NCBI GenBank assembly: GCA_023213395.1
Contig: CM041465.1
Coordinates: forward strand, 216,697,741-216,761,740
Reading direction: 5' to 3'
Length of the DNA stretch: 64,000 nt
Origin: Cycas panzhihuaensis
Lineage: Eukaryota > Plantae > Cycadophyta
Below are positions 42,354 through 55,736 of the stretch, in pieces. Under the pieces are notes generated by a model, which was given only the letters and a program-made list of their open reading frames with translations, was not told the DNA's origin and did not search any database. The stretch's first letter is position 1. Each line of letters begins with the position of its first letter. The position numbers and the translations under genes are program-made.

Positions 42354-45300
42354 ATAGGTCATGTAAATAATGTATAAAATATCTGTTAAGCTCTTCGTAG
42401 CTTTGCTTAAATGAAAGAAAGGAATTAGCTCTACTCTCAAAAGGGCAAGTGACATCAAAATAGTTAACAAATGTGTCTACCAACTATTGGAAATAAAAGA
42501 TAGAATGGACGGATAGATGATAAAACCATTTGAGAGTGTCCCTCTATAAAGACCTTGATAATAACTTTATTAGGATGTTGTTCTAGGACTAATAGCCAAT
42601 ACATGCCATGGTAAATACTCAAATATAATTTGTAGGGTCCCAAGATGAAGTACCCTCAAACTTGGGCTCCTCAAGAGGATGGGGTGGTAAGTTGGTTCTT
42701 AGGGCTTCCAAGGAAAGCGAGTTCGTCATATAGTCAATAAAGGAAAATATCCCATGCTAAGCTAAAGGGTCAAGGGATGGATAGGTAAGCTATGGCTAAT
42801 AGGTTGGTTACATTTGGGGCAAGGGACATACCCTTGCTAGTAGGGTTGGTACTAAGATACACATTAAGGGATGCCCCCAGCTAAATATGGATCTATCACT
42901 TAAGAACAAGGGTGAGGTCCATAGGGAGGTCAATATGTATAGCATAAATCTCCATGTGAAGGGGTTGGATAGGACATACCACTTTATGTAATGGGTCTCT
43001 GAGGAATTAATGTATAAAGTAAGATAGGTGGAGGGCCAGATTGGGATTGGTAGGTCTAGATGAGTGGCACCTAATAGGTAGGAGTAGTCTAAGACACTAT
43101 AAGCTAATATGGTGGAGTGGGGTAAGATGAAGGATAAAGTAAGGGGTTTCACCCATATGGGCCTCAAATCAAAGGAGCAACCCCATATGGGTGAAGTGAG
43201 TCCATGCCATAGGCAGGAAAAGGATGAGGTCTACCTTGCCCCCACTATTAAGCAACATAACTAGGCAGGATAAAGGTGGATTGGTTAAGCTAGTATTAAA
43301 AAGGAGGAGGTCAAGGGACCAACTAGGTCCTATGAAATGAGGACTTGGTAAGACTGGTGGCACAAGGGGAGGTGTTTAAGTGATACTCAGTTGAGAGATA
43401 GAGGTATATAAGGTTAGTTAGCGGAGGGGTAAGAGGGAGAATAGAGGGCCTAAGTTGGGAAATAGCTTGGGTAGGCTAAGGAACAACCTTAAATGAGGAA
43501 ACCATAGACTGGGAAACTATGGATTGGGGTTGAGTAGGTGGAGGGACAGCTTAGGTAATTGTGTGAGAGGCAACCTAGGGATGGCTAAAAGATGGTATAA
43601 CTGGAATAGCTGAAGTAAATGAAAGTGCACTAAAGAACAAGTGACAAGTCTAAATAGGGGTGGTCTCCACTACAACTGCCTTTAACTATGCCTTTAGGAC
43701 AATAATAATATCCTAAGAAGTGTTTTAGGTCTATAATGAGTATGAAACCTTCTCACTCAATTGGGCCTAATTGAAGGAAAAATCTTGAATCGATAGCTCA
43801 GGGATCTAGAAGGAATCATGGTATTGGCCAGCCCCGATCACATGAACAGGAGAGCCTATAGGGTTTTAAAAGTACCTTTCTGACTCATAAGCTTAGTAAG
43901 CAGGGTCAACACTCTCTTAATAGGGCTATTAGAAGGGATATATCTCTATAGATTAAGATTAATCCTAAAGGAAGGCTTGATGGGGATCATAGGCTTGGTA
44001 AAGGCCCTAAGTGGAATAAGGATCATAAGGTTAATATAAGGGTTGAGCGTGAAAAGGGTCCTGAGACCACTCAATGGAAAACTAGCTTACCATTGGGAAA
44101 TGGTCATTAGGTAAAGAATCGAGTGAGTAAAATAGATAAAAATTAGATGGAAGAATACCTTAAAGGCAACAAGAGAATCATCACCTACAAGAAGCAAAGA
44201 TGACAGAAATAAGAGAGGTATAAAAGATGGAATGTGCTTAGGCTCTAAAAGTAAGTAGAAGGCATGAGGGATCCTCACAACAAGTGAATAATAAAGCAAA
44301 CAAAACCTTGCCCTATCCTAAAGGGCTAAAATAAAGAAAAAAAAGGGAGATAACAATTAGCAAGGTTAATACCCTACTAGTGAGTCTCTAGTATGGTCAC
44401 CAGTGAATGTGGAGAAGCAGGGAAAGAGGATGTATAGATCACAGTCTCAAAGTAGGCCTAAAGGACATGGGGGACTTGAATATATGCCACTTATAGGGTG
44501 CTCATGTGTCTCTTATATATAGATATGGGGTTGAAGGACATAATACTTGACCAGCTAGGCTAAGGGCAATGTACAAGTGTATGCAATGTGTTAAGAGAAG
44601 ATGAAAATAAAAATGAAAAAAACTAAGACTAACTATAACTAATCAACAAAACAAAAAATGTGGTGCAAACATGTAGATGAAGTAGGCATGCATCAATTAA
44701 GAAAAGTAAATTGAATGCAAACTAATAACAAATCAAGATAAAATCAATCAAACCATGACTAGTGTCCTCAAAAAGACTAATCAGCACACCAAAAGACCTC
44801 GCGATATGAGGGGGTCAATCAAGCATGAATGTTGATAACTCCTATGTCATTACGTACCTATCCTACATAACTAAACCCCCTAGGCTGACTAACTTATCCT
44901 AACCCAAACTCCTACTTGACCTAAAGTGATAAACTTGATCTATAAAGATGAGGAAAGGACTACCCAAAGTAACAGGTCTAAAGAAATCAAGACCATATAA
45001 TAGATTTTCTTATGGATAAGTTAGTGAGGACTCATCAATACCGAAGATGGCTCTCATATAAATGTAAGAGTGGCCCGGTAATACCTATATCTAATTCCAA
45101 TAAACGTCAAACTCAACAAAGGTGGAAAAGATAGAGGGCACTAGTCTCAATAGGAGAGATGAAGCTCACTTGACTATCCATGCCCTACATATTAGCACGT
45201 GGCGAGGGTAGATGCCCTTCAACTATATATTAGAAATACAAATCAGAGACTCAACACCTAAAGGCATATGAAATCCTCTCCCAACTAGTAATAACACCCA

Positions 45301-45596
45301 AGTAGAAAGAAAACTACTCTCACTTTTTAATAGGAAAAAGGACCCTACCTTAAAAGAGACTAAAAGAGTAAACAGATCATGCATCTAATGTAGCTAGCAT
45401 GCAATTGTAATTGTATGAAAAGAGCAAGTAACCTAAATAAACAAGATAAAATATTATCCCACATATTTAAAGACTCACAACAAGTATAATCTTCTTCATT
45501 GGGCCTCCAATAAAACACATATCAAAAAATAGGTATGCAAATGTAAGATGTAAAATGTAATAAAATAAAAAATAATATTTTTAATCCTTTTTCTTT

Positions 45597-45601
<5 letters not shown>

Positions 45602-45651
<50 letters not shown>
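45602..45651. repeat. (CT)n microsatellite
   Basis: Directly visible. Confidence 0.99.
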
Positions 45652-45654
<3 letters not shown>

Positions 45655-47590
45655 CTCTCGCTAAGTAAAATCCTATGAGTAAGGACAAAGGAGATCAAAC
45701 AAGAATACTCAAGCATACAAGCAAATTACCTTTTTGAATTCTCTTCTTTTTTTAAAAGCAAAACTACAAATCAAAATGGTAATTTATGCTTTTTTTTCGA
45801 GGGTAAATGAAACTACAAGAGTAGGGCTCAAGAAAAGCACCTATTGGGATGTACCAAACTAATTTTACCTTTTCAAAAGCTAATTTATAACTCACCAAAT
45901 TGCCAATATGACTCAACAAAGATTAGGCCAACATATATTATTAAAAATGAAATTTCTAGAAAAAACCCAATAGTATTTCTACCCGTGAGATTTAGTTGTG
46001 ATAAAAAAGAAGTTATATAAGGACTTAAAATGCCCCAAAAGAATATAATAAAACCCATTTTAGTACTAACATGTATAATGACATTTTTGGTGAAATTTCT
46101 ATAACATAACAACTACACAACAGACACTAAATTTTGATGGAGAAGAGGATGGAAAGAGAAGAAGGGGAGGTGGACCTCCAAGACACTTCACATGTTCCAA
46201 GACCTATAATAACATTATAGAGCTCCATCACATGCAAGAGTTAATGACATGCACAAATTACTACAATAAAAATGGATGGAAAAGCTACCAAATAAGTGAA
46301 ATTAACCAAGCATGTAAAATAACTAATAGTAAGTAAGAAATGTGCCTTAAAAATGGCAACTTGTCCACTTCTTTTAAAGACCAAATAAGTAGTACTAGGC
46401 TATTAATCATCTATAAGACAAACATACTAAGGAGGTGAAATAGGCAAAAGAACACAACCCAAAAATAGAGCAAATAACTAGCATAAAAAGACAAAGCAAT
46501 GATTGAAAAGAAAATAAAGTAAATCTTGGGATAAGGGCAAAACTTCTAGATTTGTGGGGAGATTACCTCATTCTGAAGGATAATGGGATTTTAGTGACTA
46601 TTAACTCTAGCTAATGAATGCTCCAACAATGTCCAATGATCAACCTTAAAGCCAAAAGTGGAAGCCAATAAGGGAAATCAAGTGAACTCGAGCAAATTGG
46701 TGAAAATCTAGTAGCCTAATAGTAACTCCAACAACTCACAACTTAACCTCCTTTTTTAAAGAAAAAAGAGAGTTATATATAACTGATGGTAAAGGACTAG
46801 ACTCATAATTTCAAGCCCATTAGTTTGGAAGAAACAATGGTTAAAAAGCCTATGGTTTTAAGAGAATATGACAAGATAGGGCATTTATTAGCCTATGGTT
46901 TTATCAAAACCCATGGGCCATCCATGGTTTTGATGGAGCCATAAATGAGGCCCGCATTTAGGTGCCATTAATATGCAGCCAAACGTGGGCTTTAAAATTT
47001 TTACAAGTGAGAAAAGTTGTACCATAAAGATTCTTTGTGTCACCATGATGCTTTAGTTTTTTTAACTTTTCTCTATAAAAATTGATCAAATGAATCACAA
47101 ATTGACATGGTATGACAATAAATAGGGTGGGACAAGTGATAGTCATAGTGGGATAAGAAGCATATAATAAACAATAGATCAAATTTGAGGAAAACAAGTT
47201 TAACATAGTAAGCTAAGAAGGAGAACAACGCAAATAAAGCAAGAGAAGGATGAAATGTGCCTTGTAAAGGTACTAAGAAGTTGTTCTCAACTCATTAGGC
47301 TTAAAGGGATAATAATAAATCCATCAACCATGGTCAAAATCATCATCAACAAAGTATAATCATACTCATCCAGCAGATCAATAGGTAAACAAGGGAATAT
47401 ACTCACAAAATAGCTACTCTGAGCTATATTATGCTAAGAAATGAGTAAGCATGTACCTTTACCTACCTATCAACGTGATGTCCATGATGTTATTAGATTA
47501 CAAGAAACATTGCTTATTGAGAATTACTTCATAAGGAGCCATATGTGATGTGTTTTATGCTAATTGTTATTTTGAGGAAAGAGAAAAATA

Positions 47591-48281
47591 TGTAATATGC
47601 AATGCATGCATGGTCTTTGCTACAAGTATAAAGGTTGATAACAACACACGAGACTAATATAGTAGTAAAAAAGTCTATGCCAATATTATTGCTTTATATA
47701 TTATTTTTCCCAAGAAGAAGGTTTGTGTTATTCGAATAGGTGGGTGGGTTGTATGGAGAATGATAAAACCAATATTGTGGCATTCATATAATATGCCCTA
47801 ACTCGAGGGCACATTCCTACTTAGATTTATGGATGGTTGAGAGGTGAATCCATTAGGATCAATCTAGTTGGTTGGAACATTCCTTTATAACTCCTCTTGT
47901 ATATTATCTCATTGTTATGTGTGGCATTATGGTTGCTTATATCTTATGTATGTGTTACTAATAAATAGAGAGATACTTGACTTTTATATGTTATGTTTAT
48001 GATACTACATGGTTATTATTATTGAGGGTATAAAAGAGCATTGTCCATGTTTATTCAAATACCTTAGTTCTCAAGTTCATCACTTCCTTCATAATATACT
48101 TCCATAAGCAACTCACCAATTCCAAGAAGCCTTCATAAATCCAAGTTATGAATTGATTAGTGTTAGCCTTGTGTCATAGCATAAGGTTTATTATAGTTAA
48201 AAGAAAAGAGCTTGACAAACCTAAACAAAGAAAGACACAAGGTAGACCAAGGAGTTAGATTGTTACATTGTGGTATTAGAG
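47591..48281 (+). mobile_element. Putative single LTR (47591-48267) with downstream iMet-type PBS
   Basis: TGTAA...TTACA termini, TGGTATTAGAG at 48271-48281 and a purine run just upstream; no partner LTR. Confidence 0.5.
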
Positions 48282-48289
48282 AAACCAGA

Positions 48290-50440
48290 GCTTTGGCTTG
48301 AACCTTTTCTTAAGGCATGACATTCTAATACAAATGGCTTCTCAAATTTTAGGATTATAAGAACTAGTGATGATGTTATTAGCTCCTTGAGTTAGTAGAA
48401 TGTCCTGTCTATTTTCTTATCCCATCTCAAAGTATCCTTCTTGGTCAGGTCAAATAGAAGTATTATAATATAGGCATACCCTTTGATAAAACATTAGTCG
48501 GCCGCAACAGTGCCTAGAAATCTGCTACCCTTAGTGACATTAGTTAGTATTGGCTAATCTAATATTGCCTGTATTTTCTTAGGATCTATCTGAACTCTTT
48601 ATTTTAATAAAATATGGCCCAAATATTCTAATTTATATTTTCTAAAAATACACTTGCTTACATTTGTGAATAAGGCATTATTTTAGAGCATTCATAACAC
48701 TTGTCTAACATGTTGTAGGTGTTCCTATTAAGTCTTATTATAGAGTAAAATGTTATCAAAGAAGACTAGGACAAACTTGTGAATGTATCAATGGAGTACC
48801 TTGTTCATAGTCACTTGGAATATGGCCAGTGTATTTGTCAAATAGAAAGGCATAACCTTAAACTAATAATGCCCTTCATGGGTTTGAAATGTTGCTTTTG
48901 TCATGTTTTCAAATCATACCAAAATTTGATAAGATTCTAATCTTAAATTAATTTTGGTGAAGAATTGTACCTAGTGTAATTCTTATACGAGGTTATTAAT
49001 ACATGATATTAGGTAATTATTCTTGATGGTTACCTTATTTAATAGCCTATAATCTATATGCATATGGTAGAATCCATTCTTTTTAGGGACTAATATGACT
49101 AGAGCATCAAACAAACTTTGGCTTGGAACCAACACACCTTACTTTAATAACTCATATATCAATTTCTCAATAATTATCTTATGATGATAGGAATACCTAT
49201 GAAGCCAAGCATTAATGGGTGTTATAATGGGCTTTAACTCAATAACTTGTTCCATTCCTTGATCCAATAGGAGTTCCTTTATAAGATTTTCAAAAACCCT
49301 TAAGTGTTCTTGTAAAATGACTTGTATGTTTGGGTGGACTTCTATTTCTACTTCTAGAAGTATTGATATTGAATAACAACTAACTCCATATCCTAATGCT
49401 CTTTTTCTCATGCTCTCCTCTATTTGATTTGAATATATTATTTAATTGGGAGGTATGGGAGGGGTATGAAACATATACTTCCTTCTATTCTAGATAAATA
49501 CCATAAATAGCTATTTGTAATTCATTAGAAATATTCCAAAAATATTCTTAACTATTGTACCCTTAATACTATAAGGAATATTCTCTAATTATTAATGGGA
49601 CCTTAAGACAAATTCCTTCATAAGGCATAGCCCTTCCTCTTGTGATGGCCACTTAAAATTATTTATACAAGATAACTCATAATCTTGTTTATTCAATTGT
49701 TTGTTTATTGATAAAATTATATATGCTTCCACCATCTACTAATACTAAGATCTTATTATTCTTGATTATTCCATGGAATTATAATGCACATATTGATGTG
49801 ATAATTTTAGTTACAACTTGTAATGAGATTTTGACTCCTTAAGTATCCATATCTTTCTTAAGGTCTAACTCCTTCTCAATTTGATTGTCTTATGGGTTTG
49901 GATCATCAATGTCTTCTTCTACTCTTTAATCAATTTTTATTTTGTATGTTTCCTTTTGAGAGCATTCATGATGCTTGTATTATTTTTCTTTACATATAAA
50001 AAAGATCCATTTCTTTAAGTAATTTGCCCTTATTATGTTTCTTGTTTGCCTTATCTTCTAGGTGTTTTCCATAATTGGAGTTCTTGATTTATTCTTAGAA
50101 ATTTGCTTCTTCTTCTTTTTTGTTAATATAAAATCTCTTTTCTACCCTTCTTACTTAACTTGCTTGATATTGGACATGAAATTCTACTTTCATATTTCAA
50201 GCTTGTACCATGGCTTATATAAGATCCAAGACCACCATTGTTTTTAATTAGTAGTGTATGTTTTCTTTTAGTCCCTCAATGTAAGATTTCGTTAAATGCT
50301 TCTTCTTTATTTTTAGGAATTATGTTTAGCTAACTCTAGAAATCCTCTATATACTGTTATATTATTCTTATCTGTTGAAGCCTATTAAAGTATTAATATT
50401 TTATCTTATAGCATTTTTTTAACTTAGACTTTTTAAGGGT
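48290..50440 (-). mobile_element. Degenerate chromovirus-type gypsy gag-protease-RT remnant
   Basis: THEGHY*FKVMPFYLTNTLAIFQVTMNKVL..KFVLVFFDNILLY (RT); QVIELKP..PINAWLHRYSY..IEKLIYELL; many stops. Confidence 0.85.
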
Positions 50441-52756
50441 TATGTGTCTCAACCCCTCTTTAAATCTATCTTAACACTTGGCCTATATGCATAGTCCCAC
50501 TCATGTATAATCTATGTGTTTATATGAGAGTATTTCTTTCCCTCATGAATGTAAGGAAGAAACTTCTTCTATTGATATTATTTTAACATGGTACCAAAGT
50601 AAGCCTATTAAAGCTTGGGAAAAAAATATTGAGTTTTTTTCTAAAATTTGTTAAAGGCATCTCAATAGTTTTTGTTGCATCTATGGAAGAAGATATTTAA
50701 GACCCAAGTTAATTGTGAGAAAGATATGCTTATGTATATATTGCAGGGTGTTAAATAGAATCGTATAGAATTGTACGAATGATAAAATTCAAAGTGTTTA
50801 GAATTGAATAAAATTTTGCTAATAAATTTGCTTTAGTGAGAAGAGCTTACTGTTATAAAGCATAATCTCCAAATTCTACTTCATTTAGTAAAAATTTGTT
50901 ATTTTGTAAGGGCACAGGTTTAAGATTTCAAACACTAATTTCTTTTAGTTCTCTTCATTTCATTGGGTAAAATCTAAGTCAAAGTCTTCGTCTAGACATT
51001 ATCTTTCATTCAAGTATAAGCTTATTAAATTTAATTAAGAATTTATAAAGATATAAGTAATGTTTGGTTTGAAACCCTAACCAATCATACACCTTTTGAG
51101 GTTATTTTTTAATGAACAAAAAGTCTAATTAAAATGATAACTTTAAATCTGAATAGAGTAAGTTATAAGCTTTCCTTTTAGTATTTTTTTTTAGAATTTA
51201 TATAATTATACTTTTTTATACTATTCCATACAATCATATTGTTGAGAAAACTTGGTTCTAAATAACCAAATCTGCCACCAAGATCTATTCTATTTTGCAA
51301 CAAGCATAAGATTCAAAATTATAATCAAATGAAAGTACATAAACCAAAGATTATTCAATATATACATTAAAAAAACATAAGTATTATTAAGTACACTAGA
51401 TTTAATGTAGTAAAACCCTATAAGGGTGCTAAGGAAACATCCACACAGGAAAGGTATCAAGCTTTATTGATCAAAAATAGAAATACATACTACAACTATT
51501 ATAAAATTCTCACAACAATAACAATAATGCAAAATACCCAATTTGGGTTATATGAAGACTATCATAAGAAGGTACAAAATCTCCATTGTCAGATCTAGGG
51601 CCATTTTGATGAATAGCTCTGATTCACTTTATTGTTTAATATATTTTGAACCTTAAAATTTTGCTTTAGGATTGGCACCCCCTTAGACCCCCCAGTGATA
51701 GTAGTGAGGGGGGCAGCCCTCCCACACCCCCCTTGAGAAAAGTTGGTAGGGAAAATTGCATGAAAATAAATCAAAATTTTAGCCTCCTTATACATTGTTG
51801 TCACATACCCAACACATATAGCCAAGCTTTTCTTTTTTTCTTATCTCTAATAAATTTTCTCATTACTCTTCCAAAATTTTAAAATAGCCTCAATATATTC
51901 TCTTAGTGACTCTAACAAACTCATAAGATAAAACCATGATGCTTAGAAATTAAAAATAGTGGGTCTTTCTTTTAGTCATAAAAAATGTCTAAAATATTAT
52001 TATTAGGAAGGAAACCAAACTAACATATATAGTTAATTTGATTAGTAGGGAGGAAATAAACATGCATGCTCATGTTATTATCATGTTGTATATAAAAGAT
52101 TTAATGTTAAATCATATTAATGAAGTCGATACATCTGTTGATGCTTGAAAATTTTTGGCCTCTTTCTATAATCAAGAAAATAAAGCACGTATAATCTCTC
52201 TCAAAGAACAATTATATAAACTCTAGTTAAAGGAAGGAGAATTTATTTTAAATTTCATCACCAAGATAGTAGAAGTCAAGGACAATTTAGCCTCTATAGG
52301 AGAAATTATATCTAATTAAGAAATTATTCACTTAACTCTCACTAAACTCTCAAAATCATTTGATAGTATGGTAAACACTTTTAATATTAGTGGACATACT
52401 ATTAATTTGACTTTTAAAACCTTGACATGACATATATTACAACAGGAATAAAGAATTAAGAGATACAAAGAGGAGGTTAAAATTGAAATTAAGAAAGATC
52501 ATAGAGGTCCCTCTAGAAGCATCTCAAGAGGGAGAGGAAGGTTTGCATGAGGAAGATCCTCAAAGGCACGAGGTAGGTCTATACCAATAAACTCCAAAAT
52601 CTGCTATCAATGTGGAAAACATGGACATCTTACTAATAATTGCAAGTTTTATAACTCTCTAACCTATGTTCATTATGGGTGAATGGTACATTTTATTAAC
52701 CATTATCCTCAAAGGCAAGTAGAAATCCATAGAGAAAAAAGAGTAGAAAGAAACTA

Positions 52757-53294
52757 TGTGTGCGCCTCAATCATGCTCAGACAAAATGCAAAGAGAAAGA
52801 CACACACTTTGGGGTAAATCCATCCAGAATTAATTACTAAAACATGGCACTGTGTCTGGTCCTCTCACAACTAGACGCCTGCCAAATAGTACAGAAAGGC
52901 TGCCTTACACGTGGCAGAATTCTCTTACAAAGACATATAAGCAAACAGAAGTACCCTCCGCACATTGCAGTTTTCCTTTTTTATACTCTTTTTAGGAATG
53001 TTACATAACAATTTTCGAAAAGTAAGTTACTTTCTTAACTGTCATGGAGTGCCGCACGCCTGCATGCATCCATTCCCTGCCCGAATAGTAGCTATGTAGC
53101 AATCTCCGCACCCTGTGTAGCAGACTCCGCACCCTGTGTAGCAGTCTGTAGCAGTTCCGCAGTAGTCTGTAGCAGCCTGTAGCAGCTTCGTAGCAGTCTG
53201 TAGCAGCCTGTAGCAGCTCCATAGCAGCCTGTAGCAGCTCCATAGCAGCCTGTAGCAGCTCTGTAGTGGTTGTAATGACAAAATCAACCACACA
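52757..53294 (-). repeat. 3' LTR (538 bp) with internal TGTAGCAG-based tandem array; PPT at 53295-53306
   Basis: Direct repeat of 62193-62739; TCTTCCCCGCCA adjacent. Confidence 0.95.
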
Positions 53295-53529
53295 TCTTCC
53301 CCGCCACCTGTTTTGAACAAGTAGCATACTTGTTCATACAAAAAGAAATTTAACGCCTCTCTTGTATTTTTATTCATTCACGGCGTATATACTCCATTTC
53401 TGGTTCTGCAATATGAGGAGGTATTTTTAACCATTTCTGTCTCAAATACTTACACAGCATTACAACATCATGCATTGTATCTAGCTAGGGCAATGTCGGT
53501 TGTTCTCCTGATTTCAATTGGTCAATTTC

Positions 53530-55106
53530 CTAATTCAAATCCACATTGACCCTTTCCATTAATTCTAGGCGTTCTCTGAAGGCTTTACGTTCTTTCCAAA
53601 GGTTCTTGCAGCGTTCCGAATCTTCGTCTGATTTGATGATCCATGCTCCCAGCCGATGATAAACTGGTTGCATGTCTTCTGGAATGTGTTTGTCAAACCT
53701 TCTCCAAAATTCTGCCACATGGGGTCCGACTTCATGAATATCGTCCACCCAGTCTAGTATGAATGCCTTCAAAGATTCTAATTTATTTTCTGTAATTTGA
53801 TGAATCTGTTTTAACGATTCATCAAGCGGTTTTGTCCGGATTTCTAATTCGGCAACTAATTACTTAGTTACCTTTGCCAAAAAGGATGTCTTCCAAGATG
53901 TGATGTCTTGTGCATCACATTCCATCGGATCCAACCCTTCCTCTAACGCATCCTTACTTGTATTAAATTCTACTTCCGGAGGTTGGTTATCCAGAATTTC
54001 TAAAATTTGTCGCCTTCTTTTCTCCTGCTCAGCTGCTCTCCGTTTCCTTTCTGCTAAAACTTCCTCCTCTGTTGCAGTTTTCCGCTTCTTCTCTGCTGCG
54101 GCTGTCGGTTCTTCATCACCTTTCGGTACATCGGTCCTTCATCTGTTACAGTTGTCGGCCCTTCATCTGCCACTGACTCCTGCCTGCCTATTACCTTCCT
54201 GCTATCTTGTCTTCTTACTTCATCTACTTTAGGCCCATCCTGAAATTGCTCCACGTCTGCTATTTCCACCGATGTGGCTGTGTCTTCAATCGTGGAACTT
54301 GTTCCAGGTTCCCAATCCATCTTCTCCTTCCCCTTCACCACTGCTAGCTGTGGAATTCCGGGCGCTACTTCACTTGCTTGATACATTTTCTCAACCTAAT
54401 TTAGTACTTAAACCTGCTCCCTTTCCCATTTTCCTACAGCTTCATTCGTCTAAATTTCTAACGGGGACTGCTGCTCCATCCCATCGGGCATCCTTATACC
54501 AGGACACTGGAATAAGAGAATACCCTGCAAAATTGTTACATAATAAAACGAGACTGGTTTGCTCGCTTTTCTAATGGCTTGTAGGGCGTCCAGTAGCTTC
54601 TGCTTTACAAACATTGCCCAATTGAATACTTTCCCCTGCGCCACCTTGTTCAACATCGTACGCAGATTGCTTGGAGCATATACATTTTTCTGTGTAAGAA
54701 TAATCTTTGAAAAGATTAACTGGGCAAGAAAACGTTTGCTTGAATCTTCTATGCCCACAATTCGAACTCCGGCCGATGTCGCGTCACTACTTACTGCCCC
54801 TATTATTCTTGCTGCCTCCTCACGCGACAGCATACTATCCCTGCGAATTTCTGCTCCTTTATTCGGCAGACCAGTGGCTGCCGTGAGTATTTCTTCTGTA
54901 ATCTGCACCATCTGTGGGTGCTTCGCCAGTAAGGGAAGTAGACGCTGCATGAATTCTTCCACGTTTCCAAATATGTCGACCGTCACGAATCGATGTAACT
55001 CTGCGTGACAGAGTAACTGACGTCGTCTGTCGTCTTGCGGAATGATTGTCCATTCCTCGCGAATTCGGCTGTCGTCGTTTTCGCGGACTAAAATCAGAAG
55101 CATCAT
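53530..55106 (-). pseudogene. Accessory ORF 3' of pol (env position), broken into about three frames; plant transposon protein/PMD-reminiscent N-terminus, charged C-terminus
   Basis: ORFs 54450-55106, 54054-54386 and 53530-53772 are colinear; motifs QITEEILTAATGLPNKG and GKVFNWAMFVKQKL. Confidence 0.65.
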
Positions 55107-55736
55107 TTCTGTTGTACCTAAAATGTTACCTTGTCCTGGCTATTACACTACTATTTATTCTGATATTGCTTCCCGATTTTTGAAACCTGTGGCGCCCAAA
55201 ACTGGTGGTATTGGTTATGGCCGTTATAAGCTTGAGGACCTTGTCTCTTCATCAAATCGTATAATTACGATTTCCAATTCATTATAGCTGTGTTAATCAC
55301 GTCATGCATTCATTGTTGCTTTTAAATTTACCCGCCCTTACACTTTTTCCTTTTATCTGTCCTTACCTCCCGTCACATCTTGGCGCCACGTCCATCTCTT
55401 AATTCCAAATCATACCTGACGCAACTGCTGTCCATATCTCACCTTAATGACGCCGCTACTACCCACGTCCCACCTTGATAACGTCGCTGTTGTCATGCCT
55501 CGACGACGCAGCTGTTGTCCTTGTCACATCCTAATGGCACAGCTGCTGTTAATGTCACGTCTTGATGACGCAACATCTACGCAGCTGCTGTCACAGCTGC
55601 TGTCCACGTCACATCTTGATGATGCAGCATCGGTGCAGCTGTTATTCTCTTGATATTTCTGTCTGCATCTTGTCCTTTTTATAATGTGCATGCTATCTTT
55701 GTCTAGCCTTCACACTGTTTCTTGATATTGGTGGAT

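Larger units (their letters stand above)
34900..44402 (-). mobile_element. Second decayed Tat/Ogre-like element (PBS-Arg, gag, protease), interrupted by the 36467-42353 insertion
   Basis: Protease VLNIDIDYNFLLR*PWLDHMG..LKF at about 34920-35030; gag DTLKWFYHLSVHSIF at about 42500-42550, homologous to 18522-18785; PBS-like reverse complement TGGTGACCATACTAGAGA at 44385-44402 followed by TG at 44404. Confidence 0.7.

Noticed and set aside
45522-45716. RERERE ORF
   Set aside because: Translation of the (CT)n tract
50745-51830. Possible hAT/MITE (CAGGGTGTT start, GGGGGCAGCCC motif)
   Set aside because: No matching terminal inverted repeat or 8-bp TSD found
33524-52756. One copia element split between the gag N-terminus at 33524 and the gag body at 52095
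   Set aside because: Order and strand fit, but no TSD-defined junctions link them, and another PBS-like site lies at 50589
53001-53377. Repetitive ORFs (LLQAAMELLQ / CYRLL) and a CRISPR-like look, also at 62529-62800
   Set aside because: Tandem repeats inside LTRs; no unique spacers and no cas genes
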